Made by a program: the position numbers and the translations under genes. A stretch of 32,000 bases of DNA from Dickeya solani IPO 2222. GTDB lineage: Bacteria; Pseudomonadota; Gammaproteobacteria; Enterobacterales; Enterobacteriaceae. Each line of letters opens with the position of its first letter. Within the stretch, counting starts at the first letter, position 1. Below are positions 27,941 to 32,000 of this stretch, piece after piece. The stretch lies in NCBI RefSeq assembly GCF_001644705.1, contig NZ_CP015137.1:1770001-1802000 (forward strand). The letters run 5' to 3'. The notes under the pieces were generated by a model, which saw only the letters and a program-made list of their open reading frames with translations, did not search any database and was not told the origin of the DNA.

Positions 27941-28032
27941 TCGTTCCCCTCCCTCATCACGACAGCCGGGCAACTGACACCGGCTCGCCTTCAATGGTAC
28001 GATGGAAAGAAAGGATCAAAACGGTATCAAGC

Positions 28033-28974
28033 ATGGTAGACACTATTCTAAGAATTGCCACCCGACAGAGCCCGCTTGCGCTGTGGCAGGCCCATTTTGT
28101 TCAACAACGGCTGGAAGCCTGCCACCCCGGTTTGCGGGTGGAACTGGTACCGATGGTCACCCGCGGCGATGTGCTGCTGGATACGCCGCTGGCCAAAGTG
28201 GGCGGCAAAGGGTTGTTTGTCAAAGAACTGGAACTGGCGCTGCTGGAAAACCGTGCTGATATCGCGGTGCATTCAATGAAGGATGTGCCGATCGAATTTC
28301 CCGAGGGTCTGGGGTTGGTCACCATCTGCGAGCGTGACGACCCGCGCGACGCCTTTGTCTCCAATCATTATGCCACGCTGGATGATCTGCCTGTCGGCGC
28401 CTGCGTCGGCACCTCCAGCCTGCGCCGCCAGTGCCAGTTGCGCGCCCATCGTCCGGACCTGACGGTCCGCGATCTGCGCGGCAACGTCGGCACCCGTCTG
28501 TCCAAACTGGATAACGGCGACTACGACGCGATCATTCTGGCGGTCGCCGGGCTGAAACGCCTGGGTCTGGAAGACCGCATCCGCACTGCGCTCAGTCCAG
28601 AGCAATCGTTGCCGGCGGTCGGTCAGGGCGCCGTCGGCGTGGAGTGTCGGCTGGACGACGCCCGAACCCGTGCGTTGCTGGCGCCGCTTAACCACGATGA
28701 TACCGCGACGCGCGTGCTGGCCGAGCGCGCCATGAACACCCGGCTGGAAGGCGGTTGCCAGGTTCCTATCGGCAGCTACGCCGAACTGCAGGACGGCGAT
28801 ACGCTGTGGCTGCGGGCGCTGGTGGGCGCGCCGGACGGCAGCCGCATTATTTACGCGGAGCGCCGTGGTCTGCGTCAGGATGCAGAGCAACTTGGCATCG
28901 CCCTGGCGGACGAACTGCTTGAACGCGGCGCACGCGACATTCTGCAATCCGTTTATGGAGAAGCCTCGTCATGA
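28033..28974 (+). CDS. hemC: Porphobilinogen deaminase (hydroxymethylbilane synthase)
   Basis: [23 protein letters not shown].. is in register with E. coli Hem[24 protein letters not shown]... An alternative upstream ATG at 27994 would add 13 residues. The SD is weak for both starts. Confidence 0.93.
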   Translation: MVDTILRIATRQSPLALWQAHFVQQRLEACHPGLRVELVPMVTRGDVLLDTPLAKVGGKGLFVKELELALLENRADIAVHSMKDVPIEFPEGLGLVTICERDDPRDAFVSNHYATLDDLPVGACVGTSSLRRQCQLRAHRPDLTVRDLRGNVGTRLSKLDNGDYDAIILAVAGLKRLGLEDRIRTALSPEQSLPAVGQGAVGVECRLDDARTRALLAPLNHDDTATRVLAERAMNTRLEGGCQVPIGSYAELQDGDTLWLRALVGAPDGSRIIYAERRGLRQDAEQLGIALADELLERGARDILQSVYGEASS

Positions 28975-29711
28975 CGATTCTGGTTACCCGTCCCTCCCCT
29001 GCGGGTGAGCAGTTGGTAGCCCGTCTTAGAATGGCTGGCCTGCAGGCCTACCACAGTCCATTAATCGAATTTTTCCCGGGCAGCGAATTACCGCAACTGC
29101 CCGCCATGCTGCAAGCGCTGCGCCCCGGCGATCTGGTATTCGCCCTGTCGCAACAGGTTGTGGAATACGCTGACCCGGCGCTATCACGCGCCGGAACCGG
29201 TTGGCCCAAAGCGCTCACCTATTTTGCGGTGGGGCGCTCCACCGGGCTGGCGCTGCATACCGTCAGCGGTTTGCTGGTGCACTACCCGCCGGAGCGCGCG
29301 ACCAGCGAAACGTTATTGCAGTCGCCGGCGTTACAGCAGGTAGCAGGCAAACAGGCGCTGCTATTGCGTGGCAACGGCGGCCGAGAACTGCTGGGCGATA
29401 CGTTGCAGCAGCGCGGCGCGCAGGTACGTTACTGCGAATGCTATCAACGCAATCCGGTGGTTTACGACGGTGCGGAACAATGCCAGCGCTGGCAACACCT
29501 CGGCATCGATACGCTGGTGATCACCAGCGGAGAAATGCTGCAACAGTTCTATACTTTAGTGCCTGATTATTATCGAACTGCCTGGCTACTGGGTTGCCGG
29601 GTCGTCGTCGTCAGCGAGCGTCTGGCCGACATGGCCCGCGAACTGGGCTGGCGTGATATTCGGATCGCCGATAATGCGGATAACGATGCGTTGATGCGGG
29701 CGCTGCAGTGA
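28971..29711 (+). CDS. hemD: Uroporphyrinogen-III synthase
   Basis: [57 protein letters not shown] is collinear with E. coli HemD. The ATGA start overlaps the hemC stop. Confidence 0.93.
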   Translation: MTILVTRPSPAGEQLVARLRMAGLQAYHSPLIEFFPGSELPQLPAMLQALRPGDLVFALSQQVVEYADPALSRAGTGWPKALTYFAVGRSTGLALHTVSGLLVHYPPERATSETLLQSPALQQVAGKQALLLRGNGGRELLGDTLQQRGAQVRYCECYQRNPVVYDGAEQCQRWQHLGIDTLVITSGEMLQQFYTLVPDYYRTAWLLGCRVVVVSERLADMARELGWRDIRIADNADNDALMRALQ

Positions 29712-29723
29712 CGCAGCGAATGT

Positions 29724-29774
29724 CGTTACGCAACTGATGCCGTTACACAACTGATACCGTTACACAATTAACCA
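29724..29774. repeat. Tandem repeat, 3 x 17 bp, in the hemD-hemX spacer
   Basis: The three units are contiguous: CGTTACGCAACTGATGC, CGTTACACAACTGATAC and CGTTACACAATTAACCA. Confidence 0.85.
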
Positions 29775-29823
29775 GATAGTAACCCGGACAATTACCATTA
29801 CCCTGATCATAGGATGTACTCAT

Positions 29824-30951
29824 ATGACGGAACACATTACCTCCTCAACGTCCCCCGAAGAGGTGGTCGAACGGGCCGAACCTACACCGCCGCAAAAATC
29901 GCCGTCCGCCTCCGGTGCGCCACGCCACGGTCTTGTGCTGGGCGCCATCGCTATTGTGGTTTCACTGGCGCTGAGCGGTGGCGTCTACTATTACGCTCAC
30001 CAGCAGATGACGCGTCAGAGTACCGTACTGACCCAATTGCAGGATCAGCTCACTGCGCTGCAAAAACAGCAATCACAGGCGCAACAGCAGTGGCAACAGA
30101 CGCTGGATCAGCAGGCCAAAGCCCTGAGCGCCGATGAGCAACGGTTGACAACCCTGACCCGGCAGGCCGGTGAAATGCAGGAAAAACTGGCCACGCTCGC
30201 CAACAGTGATTCCAAAACCTGGCTGCTGGCGCAGGCTGATTTTCTGGTAAAACAGGCCGGACGCAAATTGTGGAGCGATAAAGACGTCACCACCGCCGGT
30301 GCCTTGCTCAAAAGCGCCGACGCCAGCCTGGCGGACATGAACGACCCCAGCCTGATCGACGTACGCCGGGCCATCACCCACGATATCGGCACGCTGGCAG
30401 GCGTTAGTCAGATCGATTTCGACGGCATCATCCTTAAAGTGAATCAGTTGGCGGATCAAGTGGACAACCTTCGGCTGGCCGATACCGACACCGACGAAGC
30501 GCCGATGGAAGAAAGCGACTCGACGCTGTCGGCTTCCTTGAGCGAATGGCGGCAGAACCTGAGCAAGAGCTGGCACAATTTCCTGTCGGACTTCATCACC
30601 ATTCGTCGCCGCGACGACAGCGCCGAACCGCTGCTGGCACCGAATCAGGATGTGTATTTGCGCGAAAACATCCGTTCGCGCCTGCTGGTCGCCGCACAGG
30701 CGGTGCCGCGCCATCAGAACGAAACTTACCGGCAATCGCTGGAAACGGCGGCGACCTGGGTACGCGCCTACTTTGACGAAAGCGATCCGACCACCAAAGC
30801 GTTTCTGGACCAGTTGGACGCGCTGAGCCAGCAGTCGGTGGCGATGGATGTACCGAATGAACTGCAAAGCCAGCCGCTGCTGGACAAACTGATGCAAACC
30901 CGGGTCCGCAACCTGCTGGCGCAGCCGTCCGCCAAACCACAGGAGGGCTGA
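29824..30951 (+). CDS. hemX: HemX (membrane-anchored protein of the hemCDXY operon)
   Basis: ..[74 protein letters not shown].. is collinear with E. coli HemX. Confidence 0.92.
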   Translation: MTEHITSSTSPEEVVERAEPTPPQKSPSASGAPRHGLVLGAIAIVVSLALSGGVYYYAHQQMTRQSTVLTQLQDQLTALQKQQSQAQQQWQQTLDQQAKALSADEQRLTTLTRQAGEMQEKLATLANSDSKTWLLAQADFLVKQAGRKLWSDKDVTTAGALLKSADASLADMNDPSLIDVRRAITHDIGTLAGVSQIDFDGIILKVNQLADQVDNLRLADTDTDEAPMEESDSTLSASLSEWRQNLSKSWHNFLSDFITIRRRDDSAEPLLAPNQDVYLRENIRSRLLVAAQAVPRHQNETYRQSLETAATWVRAYFDESDPTTKAFLDQLDALSQQSVAMDVPNELQSQPLLDKLMQTRVRNLLAQPSAKPQEG

Positions 30952-30953
30952 AC

Positions 30954-32000
30954 ATGCTGAAGGTATTTCTGCTGTTTGTGGTGCTGATCGCCGGCATCGT
31001 GGTGGGGCCAATGTTGGCCGGCCATCAGGGTTACGTGCTGATCCAGACCGACAATTACAACATTGAAACCAGCGTCACCGGGCTGGTTATCATGCTGGTG
31101 CTGTTTCTGCTGGCGTTTCTGGCGGTGGAATGGCTGCTACGGCGAGTGTTCCGCACCGGCGCCCGCACCCGCGGCTGGTTCATCGGCCGCAAACGCACCC
31201 GGGCGCGTCAACAGACCAAAGCGGCGCTGTTGAAACTGACCGAAGGCGACTATCTGCAGGTGGAAAAACTGCTGACCCGCAATGCCGATCACGCAGAACA
31301 GCCGGTGGTGAACTACCTGCTGGCGGCAGAAGCCGCCCAGCAGCGCGGCGACGAGTTCCGTACCCGGCAATATCTGGAGCGGGCAGCGGAAATCGCCGAC
31401 ACGAATCAGCTGCCGGTGGATATCACCCGCGTGCGCATTCAACTGGCCCGTAACGAAGACCACGCCGCTCGCCACGGCGTAGACCGTTTGCTGGAAGTGG
31501 CGCCGCGCCACCCGGAAGTCTTGCGTCTGGCAGAACAGGCGTTCCTGCGTACCCACGCCTACAGCGCCTTGCTGGATATCCTGCCCGCCATGCGTAAAAC
31601 CCGGCTGCATGACGAATCCCATCTGGATGAATTACAACAGCGCGCCACCATCGGTTTGATGGATCAGGCGATGGCGGAAGGCGGCAGCGAAGGGTTGAAA
31701 CAGTGGTGGAGAAATCAGCCGCGTAAAGTCCGTCAGGCGCTGTCAATGCAGGTGGCCATGGCCGAACGGCTGATTGTGTGTGATGACCACATCACCGCAC
31801 AGGACATCATTGTCGACGGGCTGAAACAGCAGTTTGACTACCGGCTGGTACAGCTGATCCCCCGGCTCAATGCCGGCCAGCCGGAACCGCTGGAAAAACT
31901 GTTGCGCCAGCGTCTGAAACAGCACAACGATGACGCGCTGTTGCACAGTACGCTGGGGCAGTTGCTGGCGAAGCATGGCGAATGGCAACAGGCCAGCGAT
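30954..32000 (+). CDS. hemY: HemY (TPR-containing inner-membrane protein), 5' 349 codons; continues past the window end
   Basis: My own translation from ATG 30954 gives MLKVFLLFVVLIAGIVVGPMLAGHQGYVLIQTDNYNIETSVTGL..HGEWQQASD, open to base 32000 and collinear with E. coli HemY. AGGAGGG lies 7 nt upstream. It is not in the supplied ORF track because it has no in-window stop. Confidence 0.93.
   Translation, partial: MLKVFLLFVVLIAGIVVGPMLAGHQGYVLIQTDNYNIETSVTGLVIMLVLFLLAFLAVEWLLRRVFRTGARTRGWFIGRKRTRARQQTKAALLKLTEGDYLQVEKLLTRNADHAEQPVVNYLLAAEAAQQRGDEFRTRQYLERAAEIADTNQLPVDITRVRIQLARNEDHAARHGVDRLLEVAPRHPEVLRLAEQAFLRTHAYSALLDILPAMRKTRLHDESHLDELQQRATIGLMDQAMAEGGSEGLKQWWRNQPRKVRQALSMQVAMAERLIVCDDHITAQDIIVDGLKQQFDYRLVQLIPRLNAGQPEPLEKLLRQRLKQHNDDALLHSTLGQLLAKHGEWQQASD

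Noticed and set aside
1-32000. A novel defence or accessory system (CRISPR, toxin-antitoxin, restriction, retron, BGC and similar).
   Set aside because: Every ORF of meaningful length has a confident housekeeping orthologue in conserved order. There are no spacer-repeat arrays, no compositional island obvious by eye, and no cluster of unknown genes. The only family of unknown function is the single AbrB-like membrane protein.

Overview
This is a GC-rich Enterobacterales chromosome segment. Protein similarities and gene order suggest a Pectobacteriaceae or Dickeya-like organism, but I cannot verify the taxon. It is almost entirely conserved housekeeping genes. Left to right: the 3' fragment of an unidentified CDS; yhhW (pirin); the Fur-controlled sRNA RyhB, which no ORF track can show; and glpCBA divergent from glpTQ, with a CRP/FNR-type control region between them. 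After that comes the block that in E. coli K-12 (from memory) runs yigL-pldB, rhtB, rhtC-recQ-pldA, yigI-rarD, corA, uvrD, yigB-xerC-yigA-dapF-lptM, cyaY, cyaA and hemCDXY. hemY runs off the right edge and is missing from the supplied ORF track. An AbrB-family membrane protein sits between rarD and corA. I found no CRISPR array, no tRNA or rRNA, no IS, transposase or phage genes, and no multi-gene cassette of unknown function, so I do not claim a novel biological system in this window. The items worth a second look are non-coding or junctional: (1) RyhB and its Fur box; (2) two copies of a 34-bp hairpin repeat upstream of yhhW; (3) a ~153-bp imperfect palindromic MITE-like element between recQ and rhtC; (4) a long corA leader with a candidate 18-codon leader ORF ending in a hairpin, followed by a pyrimidine-rich tract; (5) a terminator-like hairpin in the hemC upstream region; (6) a 3 x 17-bp tandem repeat between hemD and hemX; (7) two convergent gene pairs with overlapping 3' ends (glpQ/yigL and rarD/abrB-like) at apparent synteny breakpoints relative to E. 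coli. All homology statements rest on my recollection of E. coli K-12 protein and RNA sequences, not on a database search.
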